The notes: a model not told the origin generated them from the letters alone. A stretch of 64,000 bases of DNA from an uncultured Verrucomicrobiae bacterium (GCA_963762565.1 CAVXLD010000010.1:256001-320000); one strand, 5' to 3'. Shown: positions 30,678 through 41,489, counted from the first letter of the stretch. Numbers and translations are program-made.

Positions 30678-30712
30678 GTTAGTCTTCGCTCACTTTTCAG
30701 CCGATGAGATTC

Positions 30713-31993
30713 CTAGTCTGAGTGGGCCGCGCGATCGATAAATAAACTACCGCTGGTGACGACCTGTTCGCCGGTCTTCACCCCTTCCAGGACTTGAACC
30801 ATTCCATCTTGAACCCAGCCCGGATGAATCTGGCGCAGACTCAAAGTTTTATCTTTCCCGGCGATCCATACTCGGGCCGTTTCGCCTTCGTAAACAACGC
30901 CTTCCTCCGGTACCGCCGGTGAATCGACGGAATTCCCGACAATAATGCTGAAATTTGCAAACATCTCCGGCTTGAGTGCTCCATCTGGGTTGTCGACTTC
31001 TGCTCTCACCGGTAGCCGATGCGTGTTAGGATCGATGGAAGCGGCAACATAAGTGAGCTTCGCGCTAAACCGGCGGCCAGGAAACGCCAGCACATGTACT
31101 TCCACCGGATCACCCACCCGCATGGACGGGGCGTTATCTTCGTGAACGTTGGCCAGGAGCCAAACCTTGGTCATGTCGCCAATCGAAAAAATCGGGGAAG
31201 AACCACCGTTAGCTCCACTATTGATGTATTGACCAAGCCCAACTTGACGTTGGGTCACAATTCCGCCGATGGGGGCAAATACCATCGCTTCCGGGCTTAG
31301 GTTCAGTGCATCGGAAGTATTCTCAATCGCGGCAATGTCAGCCTCACTCTTGCCCAGAATGCGCAACCGATTTCGAACGGCAGCAAGAGCAATCTGCGCC
31401 GAGCGAAACGAGCCCTCCGCAGTGGCGAGATCGACTTGGCTCTGCTGCCAATCCTTCAATGGTGCACCCTTGCTGTCATAGAGGTCGTGCTGCCGTTTCT
31501 CGGTGGTCTGCGCCAAGTTAAGTTGCGCTTGCGTGGTGTGGAGAGTTGACACCGCGTTAATTAAATCGTTCTGCGCTTGCACCAATTCGGTTGCCTCGAT
31601 TGACAGCAACGGTTGTCCCTCCTTAACCTCGTCGCCGGCCTTTACGAAGAGTTTGGTGACCCTCCCTGAATAGGGAGAAAAGACCGGTGTAGTCGCATCA
31701 TCATCGTTGGCGATCTTCCCGTCAGTGCTATGCTGGTCCTGGAAGGTTTTTAATTGCACCGTCTCGAGCTTGAGACTTTGCCACTGAGCATCGGTTGGCC
31801 GAAATGAATTGGGTGATGCACTGGGTTGAGCCTCAGCAGCCTCACCGTTCGGTTTCCCGCTAAACAAACCCAGGATCGACCGCATCCCAAAGAACACGAC
31901 AATCACGCCCGCGAGCGCCGCGACGATCAGGAGCTGCGCCGCCCTAGGCAGCTTCGGAGACCTTGGCGGCTTCGGAGATGATGACTGATGCAT
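30713..31993 (-). CDS. RND periplasmic adaptor (CzcB-like)
   Basis: N-terminal TM, SPYSGRV, APIGG.V, LKPEMFA. Confidence 0.92.
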   Translation of the reverse strand: MHQSSSPKPPRSPKLPRAAQLLIVAALAGVIVVFFGMRSILGLFSGKPNGEAAEAQPSASPNSFRPTDAQWQSLKLETVQLKTFQDQHSTDGKIANDDDATTPVFSPYSGRVTKLFVKAGDEVKEGQPLLSIEATELVQAQNDLINAVSTLHTTQAQLNLAQTTEKRQHDLYDSKGAPLKDWQQSQVDLATAEGSFRSAQIALAAVRNRLRILGKSEADIAAIENTSDALNLSPEAMVFAPIGGIVTQRQVGLGQYINSGANGGSSPIFSIGDMTKVWLLANVHEDNAPSMRVGDPVEVHVLAFPGRRFSAKLTYVAASIDPNTHRLPVRAEVDNPDGALKPEMFANFSIIVGNSVDSPAVPEEGVVYEGETARVWIAGKDKTLSLRQIHPGWVQDGMVQVLEGVKTGEQVVTSGSLFIDRAAHSD

Positions 31994-32050
31994 GCTATTT
32001 GGTTCCAGATGAAAACGGGCATAAACTACTGAAAGGACCTATTTGAAGCA

Positions 32051-32068
32051 CATTACCATTTGGTAATG
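32051..32068. promoter_or_regulatory. Palindromic operator CATTAC-N6-GTAATG (CusR/HprR/CzcR-type box)
   Basis: CATTACCATTTGGTAATG lies 58 bp upstream of the RND adaptor start, next to the cognate two-component genes. Confidence 0.7.
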
Positions 32069-32280
32069 TTGGTAATCTCGCGAGCGCTAGCAGGATGATT
32101 CGATCCATGTTTACGAAAGCGTGTCTCGCTGCCGGCCCCGGCCTCAGGAGCTTTTCGACGTTTTGCAGCAGTTTTGCAGCAACACCTTATCAGGTCTCCG
32201 CTCGCAAATTATTAGGTCTGCTATCGCAAGTTCCGGTAGTTCCGTAGAAGCGATCTGCGATTGTGATCGCCGCGGCGCAA

Positions 32281-33645
32281 TCACGTTCTTACTCGTGGCA
32301 AAACAATACGCGCGGTAAGGCCCGGACTAGCATCCTCCAAAGCAAAGGTGCCGGCGTGGAGATGGCTGATAGAGCTCACTATCGGTAACCCGAGACCGTT
32401 CCCAGGTTGTGTGCGGCTCTGATCTCCGCGATAAAACCGCGTCATCACTTTTTCTCTTTCTTCAGTAGGGATGCCCGGCCCATCATCCTGAACCACTATG
32501 GACACCGTGCTGCGGTCTTGAACTGCTCGGACTCGCACCGTGGCGTCGCTCCCGGCATACTTGAGCGCGTTATCCACCAGGTTCGCGGTTGCGCTGGCCA
32601 AAAGATCTTTATCGCCGAGCGTGGTTGGTTCGCCTTCGATCCCGAGTGTCAGACGAATGCCTTTTGCCTCTGCCGCCGCGTCATAGAATTCGACGACATC
32701 TGTCACAATTTCCTTGAGGGCAACTGGCTCAAAAGATTGGCGCCGAGTACCTGACTCCGCCTCGGCGATCTGAAGTAGCTTATCAAAAACAATCGTTAGG
32801 TCGTCGATCTGATGGATCGCATTGGTAGCGGCATTGGAAAGCATCTTTACCGTTCGTTCCTCGCGCAGGGCCTCATCCAGCAGGCTACGGATGCGGCCTA
32901 ACGGCGTGCGCAAATCGTGAGCGATGGCATTGGAAACATTCCGGACGCCCTCCATCAAATGCTGGATCTGATCCAGCATATTGTTGATGTCGTGGTTTAG
33001 ACGGGTGAATTCGTCGTCGGAGTCGAGCACCGGAATACGGCGGCTAAGATCCCCGGCTTCTATATCTAATACCGTATGCCGGATGGCAGCAACACGGTGC
33101 TCGAGTTGGTGGCGAAATAAGATTGCGCCGCCAATCGCAATCACGATGCCCAAAACGCCGCCAATCGCCAGAGAGCGCAGCACCAGTTGATTGATATCGT
33201 GGATATCCTGCATGTCTCGACCGACAATCAGGAACGCCCCATTCGGCAATTCGTGCGGTAGGAGCCGGCTAACGGACAGTTTGTCGTTGCGGATGACTTT
33301 TCGGTAGGTGAGACGATCCAGCGGCATCGAACTCCCGGTTACAGGGTCGATATTGCCGACAATCTTCTTCCCGTCCGGTCCTACCAGGAGATACACTTCT
33401 GTATCCGTGTCGATACCGTCGGTTAACAACTCCTCAATTCCTTCCTCAACCCCGGTCACTCCCCGTTCTTCGAAGCGCTTGTTAAGCCGGTCTAATTCTC
33501 CATAGAGTCTGGCATTGATCTCGCGACTGATGGCGCCAACCGTCCCAAAATACAAGATAGTCGAGATTACGGCGACAGTGGCGATTACCAGAATGCCGTA
33601 GCTCAGCGCCAGGCGGAACCCGACCGTTTTGAGTAACCTAATCAT
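32281..33645 (-). CDS. Sensor histidine kinase (HAMP)
   Basis: Two TM segments, IAHDLRTPL, NLVDNALKY, DDGPGI, GNGLGL. Confidence 0.95.
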   Translation of the reverse strand: MIRLLKTVGFRLALSYGILVIATVAVISTILYFGTVGAISREINARLYGELDRLNKRFEERGVTGVEEGIEELLTDGIDTDTEVYLLVGPDGKKIVGNIDPVTGSSMPLDRLTYRKVIRNDKLSVSRLLPHELPNGAFLIVGRDMQDIHDINQLVLRSLAIGGVLGIVIAIGGAILFRHQLEHRVAAIRHTVLDIEAGDLSRRIPVLDSDDEFTRLNHDINNMLDQIQHLMEGVRNVSNAIAHDLRTPLGRIRSLLDEALREERTVKMLSNAATNAIHQIDDLTIVFDKLLQIAEAESGTRRQSFEPVALKEIVTDVVEFYDAAAEAKGIRLTLGIEGEPTTLGDKDLLASATANLVDNALKYAGSDATVRVRAVQDRSTVSIVVQDDGPGIPTEEREKVMTRFYRGDQSRTQPGNGLGLPIVSSISHLHAGTFALEDASPGLTARIVLPRVRT

Positions 33646-34336
33646 ATACTGAGACCATGTAACCGACGCCGCGCACAGTATGGAGCAACTGCGGAGAGAA
33701 CCCTTTGTCGATCTTCTGCCGGAGCCGGCTAATCTGAACATCAATTACGTTTGTTTGGGGGTCAAAATGGTACTCCCAAACGGCCTCCAGCAGCATAGTA
33801 CGGGTAACCACCTGACCTTGATGCCGTACCAGGTACTCCAAAAGTCGGAACTCGCGGGGCTGCAGAGCAATCACTTGACCAGCCCGTTCCGCTCGGCGCT
33901 TTGTCAGATCAAGCTTAAGATCTGCGATTTGCAACTCCGCTGCGTCTACATACATCGCGGATCGTCGCAGTAATGCTTGGACGCGCGCGAGTAATTCGGA
34001 GAAAGCAAACGGCTTGGTCAAATAATCGTCGCCGCCGCTGCGTAGCCCTCGGACCCGCTCGTCTAAACTCGCCAATGCACTCAGAATCAAGACTGGCGTC
34101 GATTTACGGAGATCGCGCATCTTCTGCACGATAGTAAGCCCGTCGATATTGCCAGGTAACAATCTGTCCAGGATCACCACGTCCCACTTCCCGTCTGCCG
34201 CCCGATTCAGGCCGTCAACGCCATTCTGGGACCAACTGACATCGAAACCCACCTCTCGCAGTCCGTTGCAAATATAGCGCGCAGTATCCGCTTCATCTTC
34301 GATTACCAGGCAACACTTTTTAACGCTACTCCTCAC
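33638..34336 (-). CDS. OmpR-family response regulator (CusR/CopR-like)
   Basis: VIEDE, ILDRLLP, DDYLTKPFAFSEL, FDPQTNVIDV, HTVRGVGY. Start codon uncertain (GTG). Confidence 0.93.
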   Translation of the reverse strand: MRSSVKKCCLVIEDEADTARYICNGLREVGFDVSWSQNGVDGLNRAADGKWDVVILDRLLPGNIDGLTIVQKMRDLRKSTPVLILSALASLDERVRGLRSGGDDYLTKPFAFSELLARVQALLRRSAMYVDAAELQIADLKLDLTKRRAERAGQVIALQPREFRLLEYLVRHQGQVVTRTMLLEAVWEYHFDPQTNVIDVQISRLRQKIDKGFSPQLLHTVRGVGYMVSVYD

Positions 34337-34459
34337 AACCAGTGATTCTAGATTCTGTCCGACCTGCTTACGGTTTCTTGAAACGCTTTGCTGTAATAAA
34401 ACCACTCAACAGTATTCAAGCGGCAAGCTCGACCACCCTAAACTTTTAACCAGTCTACC

Positions 34460-35776
34460 CTAAAAGGTCAAAGTCGAGCGTAGTCCGATCACAGTGGCAT
34501 TTCGCGCAGCAAAGGTTGCGCCGGGATTGACGATGTATTGGAAGTCCGGCTGCAAAGTTAACCAGGAGGTAAGCTTGGCTGCGTACGTCACTTCAATCAG
34601 AGTTTCAGATGTGTAATGCGATCCGCCTTGGTTGTTGCGATTTGCTTCTCGGCTGATCCCGCTATGAGTAACTCCAATGCCAAAGATGTCCTCATTGCGA
34701 CCTCCGAAAAGGCCATTGTAATTAAATCCGGCATCAATATAGCGCGATACAAAACCAAACTCCGGCGGCATAAATCCGATCCGGCAAAAGAGCTCTAAGC
34801 TGGGGGCCTTCGCCTGTTTATCAGTTACCGTTTTCTGCCAAATCGCCTGGTCAATTGTCGCGTAGAATCCATACCCGCTTCGATCGGCTGAATCCGGGTT
34901 GGAATTTAGGAAGCCGTCATATCGGCTATGGAACATGCATCCCAGTTTGTAAGTAGCCGGAAGACCAACCGCATCGGGCTCGCGGTTTACTTTGTAGTCG
35001 GCCTCCCAGAATGTCATTATTCCGTCTCTACCACGAATATTTGGGAGCCCGCTATTGTTTGTCTTTTCAGAAAGTGTGCTTCCACTGTAAAGGCCTATTT
35101 TGACATCTAGCCGTGGGATTGGGTGCCAGAGTAGGCGTATTCCGGGGGCCGACGACGGGTAAGTGGGCACAAATGGATAGTTATTGCCCAGGAATGTGTA
35201 AGCGCCGAAAGAGCCGCAAACGAAGAGATTCGAATAATCAGAATAATAGAACTCGTTGTCGGCTAGAAACTGGCCAATTTTGATCGAGAACCGGTCATCG
35301 AACATCGATTGTTCGTACCAATATTCCGCGAACCTGGCTGTGTCATAGCCATCGATATTGCTGACGGTACTGAGGTCCGCTGTATAGCCCTTCGATAAGC
35401 TCGAGCCATGAATTTCGAATCCTGAGATGTGAAAACTCCCTCCTTTCAAGCCGATGTTCTTTGACAGGTCGATATCGAGGTCCAGTTCCAGTAGACCCTG
35501 ATAGGTGGCCCCTGTCCGTATTCCGCCGCTTACATTTCCAAAAACGTCTGTAGTGTAGATCCCGCTTACCGTTATCCCAAGGCTATCAAGCGTTTTGCGT
35601 ACGCCGCCCAGACCACCCAGCGGAGAAGGGACTGGAGCAAATATTGGGGGAGGCGGTGGTGCCGCCGGGTTACCGAAATCCACCCCTTGTGCTGAGCAGA
35701 TTTTAGTACTCCCAAGGACAAGGCCGAATACGATAAAAATCAAATCCAGCGTTTCTGTCCGGATTCTCAAGCCCAT
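34460..35776 (-). CDS. OprB-family carbohydrate-selective porin
   Basis: GNVSGG, E.WYEQ, KIGQF, LQPDFQYIVNPG, C-terminal F. Confidence 0.88.
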   Translation of the reverse strand: MGLRIRTETLDLIFIVFGLVLGSTKICSAQGVDFGNPAAPPPPPIFAPVPSPLGGLGGVRKTLDSLGITVSGIYTTDVFGNVSGGIRTGATYQGLLELDLDIDLSKNIGLKGGSFHISGFEIHGSSLSKGYTADLSTVSNIDGYDTARFAEYWYEQSMFDDRFSIKIGQFLADNEFYYSDYSNLFVCGSFGAYTFLGNNYPFVPTYPSSAPGIRLLWHPIPRLDVKIGLYSGSTLSEKTNNSGLPNIRGRDGIMTFWEADYKVNREPDAVGLPATYKLGCMFHSRYDGFLNSNPDSADRSGYGFYATIDQAIWQKTVTDKQAKAPSLELFCRIGFMPPEFGFVSRYIDAGFNYNGLFGGRNEDIFGIGVTHSGISREANRNNQGGSHYTSETLIEVTYAAKLTSWLTLQPDFQYIVNPGATFAARNATVIGLRSTLTF

Positions 35777-35938
35777 CCTGAAAGCGGAGGAGTTCAGGGC
35801 ACAAGAGGTCAATGCGTTTAGTTTGACAATTTCGTCATTTCTCGACACATCGTTCCAGGCAAACCGAATTTCAGTTCTTGATCCGGGCAGAGAATTTAAC
35901 GCTAAGGAATCTTCGTAACAACCCGCCTCGAACATGCA

Positions 35939-36478
35939 ATGACGCCTCAAATCGCTCTTCTCCGCGCCGTCAACGTCGGCGGTATTAAGGTTAGCATGGC
36001 AGATTTGAAGGCTTTATTAGTCGATCTCGGGTTCGAGGACGTCCGCACGTTGCTTAACTCCGGGAACGTCGTGTTCCGTGGAAAAAGCAAGACCGGAGAG
36101 GAACTCGAAAAGTTGTTGGAGACGGAGTTTGCCAAAAGAGCAGGCAGGCCGACAGAGTTTTTTGTGCGGACCGCCGAAGAATGGACATCGATCATTGACC
36201 GGAACCCGATGACCAACGAGGCGCGGCATGATCCAGGTCATCTTTTGATGGTAGTGCTAAAAAGTACTCCTACCAATCAAGAGGTTGATGCATTAAGAGC
36301 CGCTATTGTTGGGCCAGAGGTCGTGGAGGCCGACGGCAGGCAAGCCTACATTTATTATCCGGCCGGAGTCGGACAGTCCAAATTAACTGCCAAATTGATC
36401 GAAAAGAAGCTAGGCAGCCCGGGCACAGGGCGCAATTGGAATACGGTGTTGAAGTTAGCCACAATGGTCGAGGGGTGA
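35939..36478 (+). CDS. DUF1697 protein
   Basis: IALLRAVNVGG, VRTLLNSGNVVF, TGRNWNTV.KL. Confidence 0.9.
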   Translation: MTPQIALLRAVNVGGIKVSMADLKALLVDLGFEDVRTLLNSGNVVFRGKSKTGEELEKLLETEFAKRAGRPTEFFVRTAEEWTSIIDRNPMTNEARHDPGHLLMVVLKSTPTNQEVDALRAAIVGPEVVEADGRQAYIYYPAGVGQSKLTAKLIEKKLGSPGTGRNWNTVLKLATMVEG

Positions 36479-36505
36479 TTGAGGACCCACACGGCGAAGC
36501 TCTTT

Positions 36506-36715
36506 GGTGGGGCGAGGCTCCCGAACGTCCGGAACAGTGTGACGAAGTTTCCGGTGGTGCCTGCCCAAACGATGGTTAGGCCACGAAACGCGCCGAGCCG
36601 TGGTCTATCGTGGGCCACGGCTCGGCGCGATCTTCGTCCTTTCTCACGGACTGGGAGAGCTCTGTGCGATTTGCTTCGGTTCAATCGTTCGGACGTTCGG
36701 GAGCCTCGCCCCACC
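36506..36715. repeat. Family A element (210 bp)
   Basis: Outer arms GGTGGGGCGAGGCTCCCGAACGTCCG and a central GCCGAGCCGTGG hairpin. Confidence 0.9.
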
Positions 36716-36735
36716 AAAGATCACGCCCTTCGCAA

Positions 36736-37557
36736 CTACGCTCCATTCCCCTCAACCGGCTCATCCCCGCGGGCGGCGCCGGTCATGATCGCAACCACTT
36801 CGGACATGGTGTGCTTTTGTGGCGTCGCCACTGCCGCCCGGCGTCCAAGCCGCATAATCTGAATCCGGTCCGCCACCTCGAAAACATGCGGCATATCGTG
36901 ACTGATCAGAATTACCGCGAGCCCTCGATCACGAATCGTGCGAATCAAATTCAGCACCTGACCGGATTCACGGACACCAAGAGCTGCAGTCGGTTCGTCC
37001 ATAATAACCAACCGGCGAGCGAATATTGCGGCCCGGGCAACTGCTACGCCTTGGCGTTGTCCGCCGGAAAGCTTCTCCACCGCGCTATCGATAGCCGGAA
37101 GATGAAACTTGAGCTGATCCATTTCATGCTGGGCTTCACGTCTCATCCGGTTCTTGTCCAACAGCCTGAACCAGCTGCCCAGCGGTCCTTTTTGTCGCAA
37201 TTCCCTGCCCAGAAACAAATTTGTGGCAATATCTAGGGCAGGCGCGACCGCCAAGTCCTGGTACACCGTTTCAATTCCGAGCTTTCTGGCGTCTAGGGGA
37301 CTCCGGAAATGTACTGGTTTACCATCGAGCAAAACTTCTCCTTCATCCGGGACAACTGCGCCGCACAACACCTTGATCAAGGTGCTCTTCCCGGCGCCGT
37401 TGTCTCCCACCACGGCCAGCACTTCGCCAGCTCTCAATTCGAGGTCCGCATGATCCAAGGCCGTAACTTGCCCGTACCGTTTCGTGATACCTCGAGCTTC
37501 CAACACCACGGTGCCTTTCGGCGGCAAAGTCACTTTTGTACTGGCATCGGTTGTCAT
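36736..37557 (-). CDS. Monosaccharide ABC ATP-binding protein (FrcA-like)
   Basis: GDNGAGKST, ETVYQDLA, LSGGQRQ, DEPTAALG. Confidence 0.92.
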   Translation of the reverse strand: MTTDASTKVTLPPKGTVVLEARGITKRYGQVTALDHADLELRAGEVLAVVGDNGAGKSTLIKVLCGAVVPDEGEVLLDGKPVHFRSPLDARKLGIETVYQDLAVAPALDIATNLFLGRELRQKGPLGSWFRLLDKNRMRREAQHEMDQLKFHLPAIDSAVEKLSGGQRQGVAVARAAIFARRLVIMDEPTAALGVRESGQVLNLIRTIRDRGLAVILISHDMPHVFEVADRIQIMRLGRRAAVATPQKHTMSEVVAIMTGAARGDEPVEGNGA

Positions 37558-38543
37558 CGCTGTTTCCTTCTCGAAATTTGATCCAGGGCTACCGCGCTAA
37601 TCACAAGAATGCCGGTTACCAGATCCTGCCAGAGCGGATCGATGCCGGTGAGGGTCAGACCGTTTCGCAACACGGACACAATCAAGGTGCCGATCAAGGT
37701 GCCCCATACGCTGCCCCGGCCACCAAAGAGGCTGGTCCCACCGATTACCACCGCGGTGATGCTATCAAGATTACCGTTCTGCAAAGCGTTAGGATCGGCG
37801 TTGGGTATACGTCCCAGCGCCAACCAAGCTCCTATTCCGTAAAGCAACCCAGCAAAGGTATAAACCGAGAGTAACCGGGCTTGGACCGGAATACCAACTA
37901 ACCGAGCGGCTTCACGGTTGTTTCCAATCGCATAAACATGCCGGCCCCAAGCAGTCTGACTAAGTAAATACCAGACGATAAGATAAAGGCCGAACATGAC
38001 GATCATCCCATAGGTGATCGAGGTGTCCCCAACCGGAAAAGCGTTTCCAGTCCAGGAAAGCAAATCGTCTGTAACCGGAAAGGCGCCACCTTGAGCCGTT
38101 AATCGCGTGATCGCGGTGATGATGCCAAGCAACCCCAGCGTCACGATAAATGGCGGGAGCATCAGGCGGCTGACTAGCAACCCTGCGATAAGCCCGAAGC
38201 TCGTACAGATGAAGAGCGCAAATAACAGAGAGATGACTGGGTTTTGCTGGTCCGCTACTAACCGCCCGGCAAGGATCGTTCCCAACACGGCGATACCCCC
38301 GTTGGCCAGGTCGATCCCCGCCGTCAGGATGATCATCGTTTGTCCGATTGCCAGAGTGCCGACAATGACGCTTTGTTGCACCACCAGCGAAAGATTGCTG
38401 GTAGCGAAGAAGGTCTTCGTCGACAACGAGAAGACGGCGCAAAAGACAATCAAAACAATCAGCGGGCCAAACGTCGGGGTGGTGATCAGCTTAGCGAGCC
38501 CGCTGCTCGGTCGCTTGGAAGCGCTGAGGCTGCTGGTGCTCAT
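37554..38543 (-). CDS. Monosaccharide ABC permease (FrcC-like)
   Basis: ILTAGIDL, PPFIVTLG, GRHVYAIG, GGTSLFGGRG. Confidence 0.92.
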   Translation of the reverse strand: MSTSSLSASKRPSSGLAKLITTPTFGPLIVLIVFCAVFSLSTKTFFATSNLSLVVQQSVIVGTLAIGQTMIILTAGIDLANGGIAVLGTILAGRLVADQQNPVISLLFALFICTSFGLIAGLLVSRLMLPPFIVTLGLLGIITAITRLTAQGGAFPVTDDLLSWTGNAFPVGDTSITYGMIVMFGLYLIVWYLLSQTAWGRHVYAIGNNREAARLVGIPVQARLLSVYTFAGLLYGIGAWLALGRIPNADPNALQNGNLDSITAVVIGGTSLFGGRGSVWGTLIGTLIVSVLRNGLTLTGIDPLWQDLVTGILVISAVALDQISRRKQR

Positions 38544-38577
38544 CGGCTAATCGAAGAGATGATATTGGCCGGATTAG

Positions 38578-38833
38578 CCGCGAAGCGGCTACAGAGAATA
38601 GCCCAGGTCTTTAGGCCTGGGTATGGTCCGGGCAGGACCTCGGCCCGAAGGGGCGACCGAGGTTTAAACGCGGCAATGGTCGAAAAAGCGTTCTTCATTT
38701 CTGAGCACGTAATCTCAACACACCGTTCACTCGAAAAACACCGCTTACATTCGGCCGCCCTTTCAGGGCGAATGGTCACGGGCCTCGAACCCAGGCCTAA
38801 AGGCCTGGGCTACAATGTGTAACCGCTTCGCGG
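38578..38833. repeat. Family H REPIN-like palindrome
   Basis: CCGCGAAGCGG..AGCCCAGGTCTTTAGGCCTGGG ... CCCAGGCCTAAAGGCCTGGGCT..CCGCTTCGCGG; a fragment also lies near 15334. Confidence 0.82.
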
Positions 38834-38932
38834 TCGAGTCGAGAGACTCCCCGAAGGCGATCCCCTATTGATTCGAGGTCCATCGGGCGAACAGGTCTTA
38901 ACATGCCTGACAGCTGTACGTCCTACCGAGTC

Positions 38933-39988
38933 TTACGGTGCAACCATCGCAAGCAACCGATCTTTGCCTGCCACCGACCCATTCAACCCCCAGCAATTTT
39001 GCAGGCCCCATTTCGTATCCTTCGACTCAAGACCGCTAAAAGGTTTGTCGGTAATTAGGCTCGCTCCGGTATTAATAAAGCCGCTTGGCTTCTTCCCGGT
39101 CTTCACGTAGTCGACCACGTAATCGACTCCCTTGGTCGCCATGATCTTCGGAAATTGCATCACCGTGGCCACGATCTTGCCTTGTTGAACGTATTGGACA
39201 CCCAGACGCCCGCCGTCGATCGAAGTCAGAACGATATCCTTGGTTTTTCCGCGTGCCTTAATTGCGGCGTATGCACCTTCAGCCGCCGGTTCGTTAATCG
39301 TGTAGACAACGTTGATGTCGGGATGGGCGGTCAGCAAGTTCTCCATCGCGGTCTGACCTTCGTCCTGAGCACCATGTGTGTTCTGTTTTCCAACAATAGC
39401 CGGGTCTCCTTCCTTGATGCCGAACCCTTTCAAAAACCCGTCGTGTCGCTGGTTGTCAACAGTACCGCCAGGGGTACCATCCAGCATTGCCAGCTTGGGC
39501 TGCTTATCGCCTAGCGCCTTACGGGCATACTCGCCTTGAAGGACGCCCGCTTCGAAATTGTCTGTGGCTAGCGTCGCATCGACCGCATCAGCCGGGTCCG
39601 TGGCGGTGTCCAGCGCAATCACCAGGACTCCTTTGTCGCGCGCCTTTTTTATTATACCGAGCATACCGGTCGAGTTGTTCGGTGTGATCAGGATTCCCTT
39701 GACTCCCGCGCTGATCAGGTCCTCGACAGCAGCGACCTGCCCCTCGTTGTCGCCGTCGAATTTGCCGAATCGGGCGATTAGTTTCGCGCCTTGTTTTTCT
39801 GCTTCCGCGGTCGCGGCCTGGCGCAACTTAACAAAGTAAGGGTTAACTTCGGTCTTGGTGACAAGGCCAATAACGATCTGGTCGCCGGCGGCCTTCGCCG
39901 CTGGCGTCGGTTGATTAAGAAATGCCAACGTCACCCACATAAGGGAGGCGGCGGCAAGTTTCGTAGAGCGGGGGATATTAATGCGCAT
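38933..39988 (-). CDS. Sugar-binding protein (FrcB-like, fructose/ribose/mannose type)
   Basis: LVTKTEVNPYFV, GKFDGDNEGQ, ALDT..ATDNF, YTINEPAA, MQFP. Confidence 0.88.
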   Translation of the reverse strand: MRINIPRSTKLAAASLMWVTLAFLNQPTPAAKAAGDQIVIGLVTKTEVNPYFVKLRQAATAEAEKQGAKLIARFGKFDGDNEGQVAAVEDLISAGVKGILITPNNSTGMLGIIKKARDKGVLVIALDTATDPADAVDATLATDNFEAGVLQGEYARKALGDKQPKLAMLDGTPGGTVDNQRHDGFLKGFGIKEGDPAIVGKQNTHGAQDEGQTAMENLLTAHPDINVVYTINEPAAEGAYAAIKARGKTKDIVLTSIDGGRLGVQYVQQGKIVATVMQFPKIMATKGVDYVVDYVKTGKKPSGFINTGASLITDKPFSGLESKDTKWGLQNCWGLNGSVAGKDRLLAMVAP

Positions 39989-40073
39989 AATGGGTTGGTT
40001 GGGATTGAAGGGGGGATAGAGTGGGTGGGACGAACAAATCTTTGCACCGCAAAGGCGCGGCGTGTCAACTATA

Positions 40074-40094
40074 AATAAATCGGAATGATTTATT
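40074..40094. promoter_or_regulatory. Candidate ROK-regulator operator AATAAATC-N5-GATTTATT
   Basis: Perfect palindrome between the divergent binding-protein and regulator genes, next to a minus-strand TTGACA (40063-40068). Confidence 0.6.
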
Positions 40095-40188
40095 ATTTGC
40101 TGTTTCTTCTCCGCTCTTCTAGACTCGCCTTTAGCGGCCACTACCCCTTGTTCCCCAGACTGCTCGCCCTCAGTTAGTCATCGTCGGA

Positions 40189-41445
40189 ATGGATTCGAAT
40201 AAAATGCCCGACATTTTGTCTTCGCCTGGAACGTCTGGCCCTAGCACTACCCGGAACGTCGATCCGAGCCGCGGAACCAATCAGTCGGGTGTTAAGCTCT
40301 ACAACGAGCGGTTGGTTCTCTCCTTGATCCGAAGCCATCGAAGCCTCTCGAAAACCGAGATCGCAAGACGCACCGGTCTTTCCACCCAGACGAGCTCGGT
40401 AATCATGAAGCAGCTCGAAAACGACGGACTGCTAATTAAAGGAGCACCGATTCGGGGCAAGGTCGGGCAACCTTCTGTGCCGATGTCGCTTAACCCGGAA
40501 GGAGCTTTCTCGATTGGATTTAAATTCGGGCGACGAACCGCGGACCTGGTATTGATGGACTTTGTCGGCCAGGTTAGACGGATACTGCGCGATAATTACG
40601 CTTACCCCACCCCGAATGAGCTCGAACGATTTGTGCGTTCCGGAGTCGCGGAGATCATTGAGCACCTGAACGAAGAGCAAACCAAACGAATCTGCGGGCT
40701 TGGGATAGCTGCTCCTTTCGAAATGTGGGGCTGGGAGGATGAAGTTGGCGCGCCCCACGAGATACAGGAAGCCTGGCGAAGCTACGATATTAAGACGGAA
40801 GTGGAACGGCTGGTACCGTGGCCGGTACACTTTTGCAACGATGCCACGGCCGCGTGCGCTGCTGAACTGGCCTTTGGTAATCGGTCGCGATACACAAATT
40901 TTCTTTATATCTTCTTTGCCACGCTGATCGGGGGCGGAATCGTACTGAATGGGGCTCTTTATCCGGGTCGGGCTGGTTACGCCGGCGCGTTCGGCTCGGT
41001 ACTGGTGCCCGATATCAACGAATCAAACCCGCCGTCCACCAAGAGCTTAATTCGTTGTGCCTCTAATTATCTTCTTGAGAACATGTTGAAGGACGAGGGT
41101 AAGGACCCCTCCTTCCTCTGGCAATCACCGAATGACTGGAGCACGGCTGGCGCAACCTTGGAGGCGTGGATCGAGCAGGCCGCCACCAGCGTCAGCGTCG
41201 CGATCGCCTCAGCAATCTCGATCATCGATTTCGAGGCCATAGTGCTCGATGGAGCATTCCCGCAAGCAGTCCGATCCGCACTGGTCCAGCGGGTTCGTGA
41301 GAGATTTAGCCGCATGGATCTCCAAGGAGTTGCGCCGGCCGAGATTGTGGAAGGTGCGATTGGAAGGGATGCGCGGGTGCTCGGAGCGGCAAGCCTGCCA
41401 TTGTTGGCTGGTTTCGCTAGAGACCGCGACCTGCTTTTTTACTAA
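40189..41445 (+). CDS. ROK-family transcriptional regulator (FrcR-like)
   Basis: HTH with YNERLVLSLIR..EIARRTGLS, GKVGQPS, NDATAAC.AE. Confidence 0.9.
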   Translation: MDSNKMPDILSSPGTSGPSTTRNVDPSRGTNQSGVKLYNERLVLSLIRSHRSLSKTEIARRTGLSTQTSSVIMKQLENDGLLIKGAPIRGKVGQPSVPMSLNPEGAFSIGFKFGRRTADLVLMDFVGQVRRILRDNYAYPTPNELERFVRSGVAEIIEHLNEEQTKRICGLGIAAPFEMWGWEDEVGAPHEIQEAWRSYDIKTEVERLVPWPVHFCNDATAACAAELAFGNRSRYTNFLYIFFATLIGGGIVLNGALYPGRAGYAGAFGSVLVPDINESNPPSTKSLIRCASNYLLENMLKDEGKDPSFLWQSPNDWSTAGATLEAWIEQAATSVSVAIASAISIIDFEAIVLDGAFPQAVRSALVQRVRERFSRMDLQGVAPAEIVEGAIGRDARVLGAASLPLLAGFARDRDLLFY

Positions 41446-41489
41446 AGAGCCCGGAAATTTGGAAAGTGAGAACCAAAAGAGCATCCCCA

